From contig CAMMZC010000008.1 of assembly GCA_946529215.1 (NCBI GenBank), forward strand, positions 17,656 to 81,655: a stretch of DNA of 64,000 nucleotides. Reading direction: 5' to 3'. Within the stretch, counting starts at the first letter, position 1. The number at the start of each line of letters is the position of its first letter. A model generated the notes under the pieces. That model did no database searches, was not told the DNA's origin, and saw only the letters and a list, made by a program, of their open reading frames with translations. Shown here in pieces: positions 40,901 to 51,243 of the stretch. The translations under genes and the position numbers were made by a program. This DNA is from an uncultured Clostridia bacterium (GTDB lineage: Bacteria > Bacillota > Clostridia > TANB77 > CAG-508).

Positions 40901-41886
40901 TTTCCTACTAAATCAAATGCAGTTTTCATAATATTATCATTTGCATCAGCTTTACCACCCCAAGAGTTGTTTATCGCCACAACATTTACTCCTAGTTTTT
41001 GCGCTCTATAAATGTAATGATATGCTGAAATTGCACCATACGCAGTTCCACCCATAGGTCCTAAAAATCTTATTGGCATAATTTTAATATTAGAATTATT
41101 TAAAATTGCACCTGTTATACCTTCATTATTATTAGATTCAGCTGTAATAATACCTGCGACATGAGTACCATGACCCTCTTCATCCATAGGGTCTTCATCT
41201 GAGTCATAGAAATCATATCCATGTTCACCTTTTAACAGACCTTTACTTGCAAATGGGTTAGTCCAAATATGATTTTTTAATTCGGAATTTGTATAGTCTA
41301 CACCTGTATCTAAAACAACTATAACTTTTTCATCTGATAATTTTTTAGTTACTTTTTCAGGATTAATGTCTAACCCTTGTGTACCTGCATTTTGACCAAT
41401 ATTTTCAATTGCCCATTGATATTTTTGATAAGTGTCATTAGTTATATTAGCTGCTTTTACTTTATAATTTTTTTGAACATACATAATAGAATTTTCTTTT
41501 GATAATTTGTTAATTAATTCATCTGTAGAATATTTTTCTGATTTAACAAGTGATACTACATAATCTGTAGTTTTATCTGACTGTAAAACTGAATTTGACC
41601 TTAATAAATTATTATTGTTATTTTCTACATCTTCAAATGTTACTGTTTTTTCAACAGTCAAACCATCTAAAAATGAGCTTGGATTTATTAAGCTTTTAGA
41701 TTTTATGCGATTATCTGTTGTACTTTGTTTATACATTATTATTACTTCTCCGTCTTTGTTTTCTGAAGTATTTTTGTTATTTATCTGAGTTTGTAAATTT
41801 TCTGCCAAAACTGTTACTGGCAAATTTGTTGTTAATATTACACTAGTTAAAACTAACATAAGTGTATATCTTAAAAACTTTTTCAT
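37945..41886 (-). CDS. Secreted multidomain subtilisin-family (S8) serine protease, 1313 aa, with C-terminal beta-propeller-like, Ig-like and FN3-like domains.
   Basis: Signal peptide MKKFLRYTLMLVLTSVILTTNLPVTVLA. Catalytic triad segments VVLDTGVD, HGTHVAGI, GTSMATPYV. C-terminal repeated beta-rich modules. Confidence 0.85.
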   Translation of the reverse strand: MKKFLRYTLMLVLTSVILTTNLPVTVLAENLQTQINNKNTSENKDGEVIIMYKQSTTDNRIKSKSLINPSSFLDGLTVEKTVTFEDVENNNNNLLRSNSVLQSDKTTDYVVSLVKSEKYSTDELINKLSKENSIMYVQKNYKVKAANITNDTYQKYQWAIENIGQNAGTQGLDINPEKVTKKLSDEKVIVVLDTGVDYTNSELKNHIWTNPFASKGLLKGEHGYDFYDSDEDPMDEEGHGTHVAGIITAESNNNEGITGAILNNSNIKIMPIRFLGPMGGTAYGAISAYHYIYRAQKLGVNVVAINNSWGGKADANDNIMKTAFDLVGKGPNEDGNGALSICAAGNEYSNTDKVFNSPSCLDSNYIISVAASNEKDEIAGFSNYGTSTVDIAAPGTNVLSTVSYNCFNPSLYEDKSRFCSQYVDFDSGLGDFKYRISEGKVTTSSNTYFGNSGQSFNWQFDAVKDKVYELLIPCTAENDDQKISQMLKVTSNVNHSGEYYINYDFSDYEDISLETQKNMKNIANSEDENYWTHIEEYVSKGGTIRFLYYALEDSKVNVYIDDFAISKSGVNEDDFGKYNFYNGTSMATPYVTSAVGISSNYKNETALQRKQRILGTIRKVNSLNNKVATSGVLDLEYLSNPNIFINSAKINTNGEVTIKVNNMNKMPKVFVNNKEVTATKVNSDTLKVTNKNLINTTARITLKITEKNTDSKTFYLKAGKNYNFENSVYGIDSLNSLFTNGKDIYSYLPQTKTLIRLDKEDEIGFFNTDIAYLTDESMQALLGEQYKIMGNEYKVENTDFVFINNNIYTIFTFDYGFAKDKVLAYYNINKGDYIWRKAKSLPTGINNLSMTTLGAYNGNLYVIGGYNDISNKISKKVYKLDMTTKKWSYVADLPEGRFASKATQVGNKLLLSFGGQENSKVPSVLIFDGKNWKKSSATIDLKDYTGSYNNIKYFKPETGLISGGLVLSGINAEKYGNTFYYDISTDIYKKSGYIINRDKDTVGIAVGNRYYIIDKDIDFGVIENEYEDETEVNYGEEYGLSVYSIPVKTGLSKLTVTYPSTGIKATINAKLYSKKAIDNKLTNTYYYMPGSTMNLNLSDKTGYYIRNFKVDGKEVNGYKYTNVIGADRTIQITTPKTTSLIKLNKTSANLSSFSKLKLTATLSDKEATSVKWATNNKKYATISTTGVITPKWAGNGKTVTITASSTIRGRKASVTSKINIKAPTINNLKAKTTKSSITLNWNAVAGADGYEVYAYNETAKKYVLYKKPKTNSVTGINLRAGTTYKLQVLAYKTIDKKKCVTARKSIICTTQKK

Positions 41887-42132
41887 TTTGAAAAATCTTC
41901 TCCTTTCATTGGCACAGATTTAGCTAAAAATTATATTTATTATTAATTTTTAACTTTTGCCTTTTTTACTTGTTATGCCTGTTATTATATCACAATTTTT
42001 CTTATTTTTCAAGGCTTTTTAAGTTTTTTGTATACATAAACTATTACAAATTTTTACTATGCACAAAAAAATAGCAAGAATTTCATATTACTTGAAACCC
42101 TTGCTATTATTTTTATTATTTATTTGCTTAAA

Positions 42133-43335
42133 TTAAGCTAAGATGTCTGAAACAACTCCAGAACCTACTGTACGTCCACCTTCACGAATAGCGAATCTTA
42201 ATCCTTTTTCGATAGCGATTGGAGTAATAAGTTCGATTGTCATTGTTACATTATCTCCTGGCATAACCATTTCTGTTCCAGCTGCTAATTCAATAACACC
42301 AGTAACATCTGTTGTTCTGAAATAGAATTGTGGTCTGTATCCATTGAAGAATGGTGTATGACGTCCACCTTCTTCTTTTGTTAATACATAAACTTCAGCT
42401 GTAAATTTAGTATGTGGATTGATACTTCCTGGTTTTGCAAGAACTTGACCTCTTTCAACGTCTTTTCTATCAATTCCTCTTAATAATGCTCCAGCATTGT
42501 CTCCAGCTTCTGCTAAATCTAATGATTTTCTGAACATTTCTAGTCCTGTTATAACAGTTTTCTTTCTTTCTGTAGAAAGTCCGATGATTTCTACTTCTTC
42601 ACCAACTTTAACTTGACCTCTTTCAACTCTACCTGTAACAACTGTTCCACGTCCTGTAATTGTCATAACGTCTTCAATTGGCATTAAGAATGGTTGATCT
42701 ACTGGTCTTTCTGGTGTTGGGATGTAGCTATCAACTGCATCCATTAATTCTTTGATTGGTTTGTAAACTTCATCATTAGGGTCTGTTGATGTAGACTCTA
42801 ATACTTTTAATGAAGATCCTTTAACGATTGGAATTTCGTCTCCTGGGAAACCATAGCTTGATAATAAGTCTCTAACTTCCATTTCAACTAATTCTAATAA
42901 TTCTGGGTCATCAACCATATCGCATTTATTTAAGTAAACAACGATATATTTAACTCCAACTTGTCTAGCTAATAAGATGTGCTCTCTTGTTTGAGGCATT
43001 GGTCCATCAGCTGCAGAAACAACTAATATTGCTCCATCCATTTGAGCTGCACCTGTGATCATGTTTTTAACATAGTCAGCGTGTCCTGGGCAGTCAACGT
43101 GTGCATAGTGTCTGTTTTCTGTTTCATATTCTACGTGAGCTGTGTTGATTGTGATTCCTCTTGCTTTTTCTTCTGGTGCTCCGTCGATTTGATCATAAGC
43201 TGTGTATTGAGCCTTTCCTAATAATCCTAAATATTTTGTAATAGCTGCTGTTGTTGTTGTTTTTCCATGGTCTACGTGTCCGATAGTACCAATGTTAACG
43301 TGTGGCTTTGTTCTTTCAAACTTTGCTTTTGCCAT
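42133..43335 (-). CDS. tuf: Elongation factor Tu.
   Basis: [21 protein letters not shown] motifs. A full-length 400-aa EF-Tu. Confidence 0.97.
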   Translation of the reverse strand: MAKAKFERTKPHVNIGTIGHVDHGKTTTTAAITKYLGLLGKAQYTAYDQIDGAPEEKARGITINTAHVEYETENRHYAHVDCPGHADYVKNMITGAAQMDGAILVVSAADGPMPQTREHILLARQVGVKYIVVYLNKCDMVDDPELLELVEMEVRDLLSSYGFPGDEIPIVKGSSLKVLESTSTDPNDEVYKPIKELMDAVDSYIPTPERPVDQPFLMPIEDVMTITGRGTVVTGRVERGQVKVGEEVEIIGLSTERKKTVITGLEMFRKSLDLAEAGDNAGALLRGIDRKDVERGQVLAKPGSINPHTKFTAEVYVLTKEEGGRHTPFFNGYRPQFYFRTTDVTGVIELAAGTEMVMPGDNVTMTIELITPIAIEKGLRFAIREGGRTVGSGVVSDILA

Positions 43336-43468
43336 TTTAAATTCCTCCTTTAATTTTTGCTTTAGCTACTTTCCGTAGCTTTAAGCTAATATATTTTTTA
43401 AATTTAATAACTTTGTTATTGTATGCATTATATACTATTTTTTTATAAATTGCAAGACTTTTTTAATT

Positions 43469-43930
43469 TTATTCCTTTTCTTTTGCAAACGTTCCTTTTT
43501 CCAGCATTTCTTTTTCAGCTTTTAAAAATCCTCTTTTTAGAAGAACAATAACTCTTTCTAGTGGAATATCTGGATATCTTTTTATAATATCTTTTATTAT
43601 TTCACTTGGAATTTCAGTTATCTTTTCTTCTTGTCTTCTTTCTTCTGCTTTTATTAGTTCATCTGCTTGTGAATAACCTGTTTTAAAAAGTTCAGAAATT
43701 TCATCTTTAGAAAGACTATCATAACTTCTACTAAAATGTATTATTCTATTTAAAAAATTTTCTAGTTTTATTCTTTCAGTATTTAAAGACCTATCTAATA
43801 TTTTATCTTTGAGAGCTGTATATCTTTTAATACATTCTTCTAATGAATCTAGGTTTGGATACTTACTCACCAAAGACTTTACACTATCAATTATCATTCT
43901 TTCAGCAAATTGTTTATCATTATTTTTCAT
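43469..43930 (-). CDS. Hypothetical charged helical protein (153 aa) inserted between fusA and tuf.
   Basis: Clean ORF in the 500-bp fusA-tuf spacer. No recognisable motif. Confidence 0.5.
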   Translation of the reverse strand: MKNNDKQFAERMIIDSVKSLVSKYPNLDSLEECIKRYTALKDKILDRSLNTERIKLENFLNRIIHFSRSYDSLSKDEISELFKTGYSQADELIKAEERRQEEKITEIPSEIIKDIIKRYPDIPLERVIVLLKRGFLKAEKEMLEKGTFAKEKE

Positions 43931-43955
43931 TTTAATTCCTTATTACTATAAAATT

Positions 43956-46043
43956 TTATTCTGCATTGTTTTTAGCTCTTGAACTAACAATTTGCTCATG
44001 AACTGATTTTGGAACTTCTTCATAGTGAGATGGTTCCATAGAATATGTTCCTCTACCTTGTGTTTTAGAACGTAAGTCTGTTGCATATCCAAACATTTCT
44101 GATAGTGGTACAAAGCTTCTAATTTCTTCCATTCCATCAACTGCGTCCATTCCTTCGATTCTACCACGTCTTGAGTTAATATCTCCAATAACATCTCCCA
44201 TGTATTCTTCTGGAACTGTTACTTCAACTCTCATTATTGGCTCTAAGATAACTGATTTAGCTTGTTTACATCCTTCTTTGAATGCCATAGAAGCTGCAAT
44301 CTTGAATGCCATTTCTGAAGAGTCAACTTCGTGGTATGATCCATCAACTAATGTAGCTTTGAAGTCTATAACTGGATATCCAGCTAAGATTCCGCTTTCA
44401 GCTGCTTCTCTCATTCCTTGTTCAATTGGTTTAATATATTCTTTTGGAACAGCTCCACCAACAATTTTGCTTTCGAATTCTATTCCTTTTCCTGGCTCTA
44501 ATGGTTCCATTTCAAACCAAACATCACCATATTGTCCTTTACCACCTGATTGACGAATGAATTTACCTTGAACTTTAACTTTATTTCTAATTGTTTCTTT
44601 ATAAGAAACTTGTGGTTTACCAACATTACATTCAACGTGGAATTCTCTTTTTAATCTATCTACGATTATGTCTAAGTGTAATTCTCCCATTCCTGCAATT
44701 ATTGTTTGACCTGTTTCTTGGTTTGTATATGCTTTGAATGTAGGATCTTCTTCAGCAAGTTTTGCTAAAGCAATTCCCATTTTTTCTTGAGCTGCTTTAT
44801 CTTTTGGCTCAATAGCTATATCGATAACTGGCTCTGGGAATTCCATAGACTCTAAGATAACTGGATTGTTTGGATCACATAATGTATCTCCTGTTCCAAC
44901 TTCTTTAAGTCCTACTGCTGCAGCGATATCTCCTGCATATACTTTGTCGATATCTTCTCTATGATTTGAGTGCATTTGAAGAATTCTTCCGATTCTTTCT
45001 TTTTTATCTTTACTTGAGTTTAATACAGTTGAACCAGAATCTAGTGTTCCTGAATAAACTCTAAAGAAACATAATTTTCCAACAAATGGGTCTGTAGCAA
45101 TTTTAAATGCTAATGCTGCAAATGGTTCTGAATCTGAAGTTTTTCTTTCAACTTCATTTCCTTCCATATCTACACCTTTAATATGAGCTATATCTAATGG
45201 TGATGGCATAAAATCTACAACTGCATTTAATAATTCTTGTACACCTTTGTTTTTGTATGAAGAACCACATGTAACAGGTACTATAGCATTTGCTATTGTT
45301 CCCATTCTTAAACCTTTTTTGATTTCTTCTTCTGTTAGTTCTTCACCATCTAAATATTTCATCATTAATTCTTCATCTTGTTCAGCTGCAGCTTCGATCA
45401 TTTCTGATCTGAATTTTTCTGCATCTGCTTGCATTTCTGCTGGGATATCTTGTTCTTCTATAACTTTTCCTAAATCATCTTTATGAACAAATGCTTTCAT
45501 TTTGATTAAGTCTACAATTCCTTGGAAATTGTCTTCTGCTCCAATTGGTAATTGAATTGGAACTGGATGAGCTCTTAATCTTGTTTTCATTTGCTCAACA
45601 CAAAGCATAAAGTTTGCTCCTGTGATATCCATTTTGTTTACATATACCATTCTTGGTACATTGTATTTATCAGCTTGTCTCCAAACTGTTTCTGTTTGTG
45701 GTTGAACTCCACCTTTTGCAGCTAAAACTGTAACAGCTCCATCAAGTACTTTAAGAGATCTTTGAACTTCTACTGTAAAGTCAACGTGACCTGGTGTATC
45801 TATGATATTTATTCTATGATCATTCCAAAAACATGTTGTTGCAGCAGATGTAATTGTGATTCCTCTTTCTTGTTCTTGTTCCATCCAGTCCATTGTAGCA
45901 GCACCTTCATGTACTTCTCCAATTTTGTGTGTTTTTCCTGTATAGAAAAGAATTCTTTCTGTTGTTGTTGTTTTTCCTGCATCTATGTGGGCCATTATTC
46001 CTATATTTCTTGTTCTTTCTAATGGACATTGTCTACCTGCCAT
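43956..46043 (-). CDS. fusA: Elongation factor G.
   Basis: [21 protein letters not shown] motifs. 695 aa. Confidence 0.97.
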   Translation of the reverse strand: MAGRQCPLERTRNIGIMAHIDAGKTTTTERILFYTGKTHKIGEVHEGAATMDWMEQEQERGITITSAATTCFWNDHRINIIDTPGHVDFTVEVQRSLKVLDGAVTVLAAKGGVQPQTETVWRQADKYNVPRMVYVNKMDITGANFMLCVEQMKTRLRAHPVPIQLPIGAEDNFQGIVDLIKMKAFVHKDDLGKVIEEQDIPAEMQADAEKFRSEMIEAAAEQDEELMMKYLDGEELTEEEIKKGLRMGTIANAIVPVTCGSSYKNKGVQELLNAVVDFMPSPLDIAHIKGVDMEGNEVERKTSDSEPFAALAFKIATDPFVGKLCFFRVYSGTLDSGSTVLNSSKDKKERIGRILQMHSNHREDIDKVYAGDIAAAVGLKEVGTGDTLCDPNNPVILESMEFPEPVIDIAIEPKDKAAQEKMGIALAKLAEEDPTFKAYTNQETGQTIIAGMGELHLDIIVDRLKREFHVECNVGKPQVSYKETIRNKVKVQGKFIRQSGGKGQYGDVWFEMEPLEPGKGIEFESKIVGGAVPKEYIKPIEQGMREAAESGILAGYPVIDFKATLVDGSYHEVDSSEMAFKIAASMAFKEGCKQAKSVILEPIMRVEVTVPEEYMGDVIGDINSRRGRIEGMDAVDGMEEIRSFVPLSEMFGYATDLRSKTQGRGTYSMEPSHYEEVPKSVHEQIVSSRAKNNAE

Positions 46044-46064
46044 ATTTTTTTCCTCCTCATTTTA

Positions 46065-46535
46065 CTAGAATCTGTAATGAGCAAAAGCCTTATTAGCTTC
46101 AGCCATTTTATGAGTATCTTCTTTCTTCTTGAATGCTCCACCATTTCCGTTAACAGCATCAATTATTTCACCTGCTAATTTTTCTGCCATTGTTTTTTCA
46201 TGTCTTTTTCTAGCATATGTTACCAACCATCTTAATCCTAGAGTTTGTCTTCTTTCTGGTCTTATTTCTAATGGAACTTGGTATGTTGCTCCACCTACTC
46301 TTCTTGCTTTAACTTCTAGTACTGGCATTATGTTTTCAAGTGCTGCTTCAAATACTCCTAGTGGATCTTTTTGCTCTTTTTCTTTTATGATATCAAATGC
46401 ATCATATACGATTTCTTGAGCTACAGATTTTTTACCATCTAACATTATGTTGTTTACAAGTTTTGTAACAACTTTGCTATTATATATTGGATCTGGTAAT
46501 ACATCTCTTTTTGCTATAAATCCTCTTCTTGGCAC
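46065..46535 (-). CDS. rpsG: 30S ribosomal protein S7 (GTG start).
   Basis: MPRRG...full-length S7. The start codon reads GTG, preceded by AAAGGAG. Confidence 0.95.
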   Translation of the reverse strand: MPRRGFIAKRDVLPDPIYNSKVVTKLVNNIMLDGKKSVAQEIVYDAFDIIKEKEQKDPLGVFEAALENIMPVLEVKARRVGGATYQVPLEIRPERRQTLGLRWLVTYARKRHEKTMAEKLAGEIIDAVNGNGGAFKKKEDTHKMAEANKAFAHYRF

Positions 46536-46965
46536 TATTCTTCACTCCTTTCTTAGTTAGGTAGAAATTTTTAAAATATGGTTATTTTTTAATCTATAGA
46601 GTTTCGAAATTTGTTACTCTTAATTAGATTTAACTAATATTTCTACCTATGATAGATACTTTATACAAAAAGTATCAAAGTTACTCTGATAAGCTCTTTT
46701 GCTTACCCGCATAGTGTTTATATTTTCTAAATTTAAGTACCTCTTAATAATTTAGTAAGATACAAACGCTATTTTTTCTTTGAATCTACAAACTTCGTTT
46801 CTAAATCCAAATCTTTCTTCGTTCTAAAATTGAAGCTATATAAAATTGATTAAATTAGGTATATTGCTAGGCAAAATTGTTTGAAAAGGCAAAGGAGCAT
46901 ACGTGGTGTATGTAACTGCGTTTTTAAATAACTTTGACGACGCAAGATGCCTGATTTCATTCATT

Positions 46966-47379
46966 TTATTTTTTTGGTTTCTTTGCTCCATACTTCGAAC
47001 GACCTTGCATTCTGTCTTTAACTCCTGCTGTATCTAATGTTCCTCTAATAATGTGGTATCTTACACCTGGAAGGTCTTTTACTCTTCCTCCTCTTATTAA
47101 AACAACACTGTGTTCTTGTAGGTTATGTCCTATACCTGGGATATAAGATGTAACTTCATAACCATTTGAAAGTCTAACTCTGGCTACTTTTCTTAAAGCT
47201 GAGTTTGGCTTTTTAGGTGTTACAGTTTTAACTACTGTACATACTCCTCTTTTTTGTGGACTTCTTGCATTTGTTTGTCTTTTATTTTTTGAGTTATATC
47301 CATGTTGAAGAGCTGGTGCAGTTGATTTTGTAACTCCTGTTTTTCTTCCTTTCCTTACTAATTGATTAATTGTTGGCAC
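46966..47379 (-). CDS. rpsL: 30S ribosomal protein S12.
   Basis: [13 protein letters not shown]...[10 protein letters not shown] is diagnostic of S12. Confidence 0.96.
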   Translation of the reverse strand: MPTINQLVRKGRKTGVTKSTAPALQHGYNSKNKRQTNARSPQKRGVCTVVKTVTPKKPNSALRKVARVRLSNGYEVTSYIPGIGHNLQEHSVVLIRGGRVKDLPGVRYHIIRGTLDTAGVKDRMQGRSKYGAKKPKK

Positions 47380-47615
47380 TTAAATTTCACCTCCTATTTT
47401 TAAAATGTGACAAATCTCGCTTTGAAAAAAGCGTAAAGATTCGTCGACGCGAAAAATTGTTTCACAATTTTTCTGTGCATCGTTTTTTAATTTTTAGAAA
47501 ATAAAATTTTTTAAAAATTAAAACCGCTACGGAAATAACTATTTCTAGTTTTTTCCATAACGGTTATATTTTATCACGTTTTATTACATATGTCAATGGT
47601 TTTTGAGGATTTTTT

Positions 47616-48113
47616 TTACCTCTCGCCATTATCTTTGTCTCGTAGACTATCAAATTTCATTTTTTCTTCTGGTGCAAAATTTTGCTCTCTTAAAATTCCA
47701 ATTTGTATTATCATTTTTTTTAATGTTTTTATCATTTCTACCGCAACATATTTTACATTTATTTCACTTTGATCTTCAACAAGTATATAATTAAATATTG
47801 CAGCATATCCATCATATTCATCTTTTAATTCTTTTATTGATTTTAATATATATTTTTTATCTGATATTCTATATTCTTTTCTTAAACAACTATAATCTTT
47901 CAATTCTTCTTTAGTAATACTTCCTTTAAAAGCTTTAATTAATTCTAACATTTTTTCCAAAGTTATTATCATTTCTTGTGCAAAATAGTTAACATTAATT
48001 TCACTTTGGTCTTCTTTAAGTATATTATTATTAAATATTGCTTCAAAACCATCATATTCACTTTCTAAGTAATTTAATTGTTTCAATTTTTCTTCTATTT
48101 CTTCAATTTCCAC
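47616..48113 (-). CDS. Hypothetical cytoplasmic protein (165 aa, GTG start) made of two tandem copies of a roughly 75-aa domain.
   Basis: Internal duplication EYDGFEAIFNNNILKEDQSEINVNYFAQEMIITLEKM... versus EYDGYAAIFNYILVEDQSEINVKYVAVEMIKTLKKM.... It lies 43 nt downstream of the 1011-aa gene. Confidence 0.5.
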   Translation of the reverse strand: MEIEEIEEKLKQLNYLESEYDGFEAIFNNNILKEDQSEINVNYFAQEMIITLEKMLELIKAFKGSITKEELKDYSCLRKEYRISDKKYILKSIKELKDEYDGYAAIFNYILVEDQSEINVKYVAVEMIKTLKKMIIQIGILREQNFAPEEKMKFDSLRDKDNGER

Positions 48114-48156
48114 TATATCATCTTCTTATTTTACATTAATATTTTCTTATTATTTT

Positions 48157-51100
48157 CTACTTTACACATATATTGCTTTTATCTAAATCTGGTGCAGCTT
48201 CTAAACTGTTTGTAGGTGTAATTGGTTCTACATCAATATGTTCTATTCCTTTCTTAGCCAAATTATCTCTTCTTTTTTGCATTCTTGCTACACGTTCTTC
48301 ATATGCTGATATTTGTTTTATATCTCCAACATTTCCTCTATTTAATGATAAGATTCTATCTTTTGATGGCAAAAATCTTTCTAGTGGACTTTGCATTTTT
48401 CTTATTATTTTTGCAATTAATGTCTCGTGATATGTTCCTTTTATATCAGCAACTTGATATGTATTATTTGCAACAGTAGCTAATTCGGCGATTCTATCTT
48501 TTTGATTAACTGTTAATTCATTTCTATCTAGCCAACTTTGTTCAGCATTTTTACTCTCATCAGTAGCGTTTCTCATATATCCAATATTTCTTGTATCTGT
48601 TGCTATCATAGAACGAAGTGCTTTAAATGAAACCCCTGATAAATTGTCTAAATTATATGTTACATCTATATTGTGAGTATATGGTGATTTAATATATTTT
48701 TGTATTTTCTTTATGTCATCACTTTGTCCTATTTTCTCTAAAATATCATAATGTGTTCCTAATATATTAAAAATGTAACCTTTAATTAAAGCGTCTCTTC
48801 TTTGTGATTCTGCATTAAAAACATCTTTAATAGAGTTTATGATTGTAAAATCTATTTGTACATTACTATTTTTACAAACTTCTATTAATTTATTGATATC
48901 AGGCGAATAAGCTTCTCTGTTGATCACGTCCATAAATTTTTCTGTACTTAATGATGCATAATATATATTTAATTCTGCTGCATCTTTATAAACTTCTTGA
49001 TCTACTTTACGAGAGCGACCAAATAAACCTTCACCTACTTTTATCTTTCCATTTTTGCCTATTGTTATTTTATATGATTTGTTGCCCAAAACATCTTTTA
49101 AATTTTGTGCTTCCTTATCTATATCTATTCCATCATCTAAGTCTACACTTTGAGTTCTTGTTGATTCAGGTCTTAATGTTGATGGTATTTCAGTGGTTGA
49201 AGTTACAGAAGCTTTTGGAGTTTTAGGTATTGTTGATGAAAATGTTCTTGGTTCTCGCGTAGCTGATTTTGGTATCTCTGGTGTTGGATTTTCTTCAGAA
49301 ATAAATGGCTTTACCTTTGACATATTTGATTGCCCAATTGAGCTTATAGTTTCTTCCCTATCTTTTTTAGCTTCTCGTTCTGCTTGTTCTCTTAATCCTT
49401 TTTCAATTTCATCAAATTCAGCTTCAACCCCCATTTCAGTTTTTCCCTCTGCTGGTGTTTGCTCTATTGGTTCTCCTGCTTGTCTATTTAATTCTTTATC
49501 GTTTTTCAATCTCTGCATTATTATTTCTGCTTCATCTTTGCTTATCTTAAATACTCCTCCTATTCTAGATGCTTCAACTGTCTCCTTCCATTGTATCATT
49601 TTTTTATACCATTCTCTGACTTCTTTATAAAACAACTCATCTACAAGTTGCACAATCTTTTTATACTTTTCTTCACTAATATTTTTTCCTCTTTGTGCTT
49701 CAAGAAATTCCTTTACTTTTTTATATTCAATTTTATATATAATAGTATTTGTTTTGCCTCTACCATAGCCTCCTTGATTCATTAAAATTCCTAATCTGCT
49801 TAATTTATTTGTTATTTTGTAATCTAGAATTTCTTCATCAATACTTCCATATTTGAATTCATTTGTCTCGAAATCAAATGAACGTTGATAAACACAATTA
49901 TATTGAAGATCTCCATTTTCTATACGAGCTAATAACCATTGTGTTAACATTTTATCATCTACTTCTACAGATGAATTATGAGTTGACTGTTCTGGATTTG
50001 TTGGTTCTGGTGTTACTTTATTATATACTATTCCATATTCTTCTAGGACTTCTTTAGTTCGTTCTTTGTTTATTAAATTATTTAAATCATAATCCTCAAC
50101 AACTCCTATTTTAACCAACTCAGAAAAAACATTAACTGCCTGATCATAAGATATTTTTAGCTCAACACTCAAATTAGTCACAAATAATCTTTCTCTCTTA
50201 TCATTAAGGCGTTTTGCAACCACTTCCATTGCTTTTTTCATTAAATCTTCTGATACCTTGATTTCTGTTTCATCAGGTTCTTCTGGTTCTGCTTCATCAA
50301 GTTCTTCTGCTTCTATTTCATCAGGCTCTGCTATTTCTGCTTCATCAGGTTCTTCTGCTTCTATTTCATCAGGCTCTGCTATTTCTGCTTCATCAGGTTC
50401 TTCTGCTTCTGCTTCATCAGGTTCTTCTGCTTCTGCTTCATCAGGTTCTTCTGCTTCTACTTTATCAGGTTCTTCTGGTTCTATCAGTTCAACTTCTTCT
50501 TGTAGTTGTTCTAATGATTTTACATCAAAAGTACTACATAAAACTTTAATTTTATCCTTTGAACCGCCTTCAAGATTAGCCATATTTTTTTCATATCCAT
50601 CAAGTTCATCCCATAAATCGCTTAATCTGTCAGGATTTAATTTTTCTAATTCTTTGTCTATTTCAGCAATTCTAGAATTAGCATTTTCTTCCCTTCTTTT
50701 TAAATCACGATAAATACTATCATCTGCTCTTACTTTTCTATTCTCTGCTAATTCAATTAATTCTCTAAACCTTTTTCTGTCATTTTCTAGTGATTTTTTT
50801 TCGGCATTTAATCTATTTATGCTTACTTCTTCTTGTACTTCTGCATTTATTCTATTTTTTTCTTCTTGTATTTTTTCTATTATCTCTTCTGCAAATTCTT
50901 CAATTTCTTGATTTAGTTTTTCTTCAAGCTCAGCTATTTCATCTTTTAACTCTTTTAATTCCTGTTGTCTTTCATCTAATAATAAAGAAATTCTTTCTCT
51001 TCTTTCTCTCTGAATTTTAACAGGATTCTGACTACCATTTGACAAAACATCAGCATTATTTGCTCTATAATTTTCATCATCATTTGCTAAAATATTATAA

Positions 51101-51192
51101 TCTTCTTCTAAGTCTTTCTTATAATCATCAATTTCTTCTTGACGTCTTTCAAATTCCTGAATCTTGCTTTTAATATCTTCTAATTCTAACAT
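48157..51192 (-). CDS. Large (1011 aa) cytoplasmic hypothetical protein. It has an N-terminal coiled coil, an acidic EPDEAEAE repeat linker, a winged-helix-like segment and a C-terminal domain of unknown function.
   Basis: No signal peptide. The first 230 aa are heptad-rich and E/K/R-rich. The repeats are encoded by 24-bp units. MKKAMEVVAKRLNDKRERLFVTNLSVELKISYDQAVNVFSELVKIGVVED resembles an FtsK-gamma / DnaD-type wHTH. GGYGRGKT matches GxxxxGK[ST], but there is no Walker B motif. The RBS is AAGGGAGGAATAT. Confidence 0.7.
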   Translation of the reverse strand: MLELEDIKSKIQEFERRQEEIDDYKKDLEEDYNILANDDENYRANNADVLSNGSQNPVKIQRERRERISLLLDERQQELKELKDEIAELEEKLNQEIEEFAEEIIEKIQEEKNRINAEVQEEVSINRLNAEKKSLENDRKRFRELIELAENRKVRADDSIYRDLKRREENANSRIAEIDKELEKLNPDRLSDLWDELDGYEKNMANLEGGSKDKIKVLCSTFDVKSLEQLQEEVELIEPEEPDKVEAEEPDEAEAEEPDEAEAEEPDEAEIAEPDEIEAEEPDEAEIAEPDEIEAEELDEAEPEEPDETEIKVSEDLMKKAMEVVAKRLNDKRERLFVTNLSVELKISYDQAVNVFSELVKIGVVEDYDLNNLINKERTKEVLEEYGIVYNKVTPEPTNPEQSTHNSSVEVDDKMLTQWLLARIENGDLQYNCVYQRSFDFETNEFKYGSIDEEILDYKITNKLSRLGILMNQGGYGRGKTNTIIYKIEYKKVKEFLEAQRGKNISEEKYKKIVQLVDELFYKEVREWYKKMIQWKETVEASRIGGVFKISKDEAEIIMQRLKNDKELNRQAGEPIEQTPAEGKTEMGVEAEFDEIEKGLREQAEREAKKDREETISSIGQSNMSKVKPFISEENPTPEIPKSATREPRTFSSTIPKTPKASVTSTTEIPSTLRPESTRTQSVDLDDGIDIDKEAQNLKDVLGNKSYKITIGKNGKIKVGEGLFGRSRKVDQEVYKDAAELNIYYASLSTEKFMDVINREAYSPDINKLIEVCKNSNVQIDFTIINSIKDVFNAESQRRDALIKGYIFNILGTHYDILEKIGQSDDIKKIQKYIKSPYTHNIDVTYNLDNLSGVSFKALRSMIATDTRNIGYMRNATDESKNAEQSWLDRNELTVNQKDRIAELATVANNTYQVADIKGTYHETLIAKIIRKMQSPLERFLPSKDRILSLNRGNVGDIKQISAYEERVARMQKRRDNLAKKGIEHIDVEPITPTNSLEAAPDLDKSNICVK
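50269..50485 (-). repeat. In-frame 24-bp tandem repeat (about 9 copies, with a nested 48-bp periodicity) encoding (A)EEPDEAE(A/I) acidic repeats.
   Basis: ttcatcaggttcttctgcttctgc / ttcatcaggctctgctatttctgc units read directly. Confidence 0.9.
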
Positions 51193-51243
51193 TTATATTC
51201 CTCCCTTTATTTCCTCTATTTTCTCATTTTGTCCATCTCTTTC

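Noticed and set aside
43946-44194. 82-aa minus-strand ORF overlapping the 3' end of fusA.
   Set aside because: It is in a different frame of the same strand as EF-G, which is unambiguously the real gene. It has no independent support.
46536-46965. 42-codon ORF (MNEIRHLASSKLFKNAVTYTTYAPLPFQTILPSNIPNLINFI) in the rpsL-rpsG spacer.
   Set aside because: It has no Shine-Dalgarno. It sits in a region more likely to be structured leader RNA. It is too short and unsupported.
50258-50713. Plus-strand ORF of 151 aa encoding SSGSSGSASSS... low-complexity protein.
   Set aside because: It is antisense to the EPDEAEAE repeat region of the 1011-aa gene. The open frame is an artefact of the 24-bp GA/CT-rich tandem repeat, and there is no RBS.
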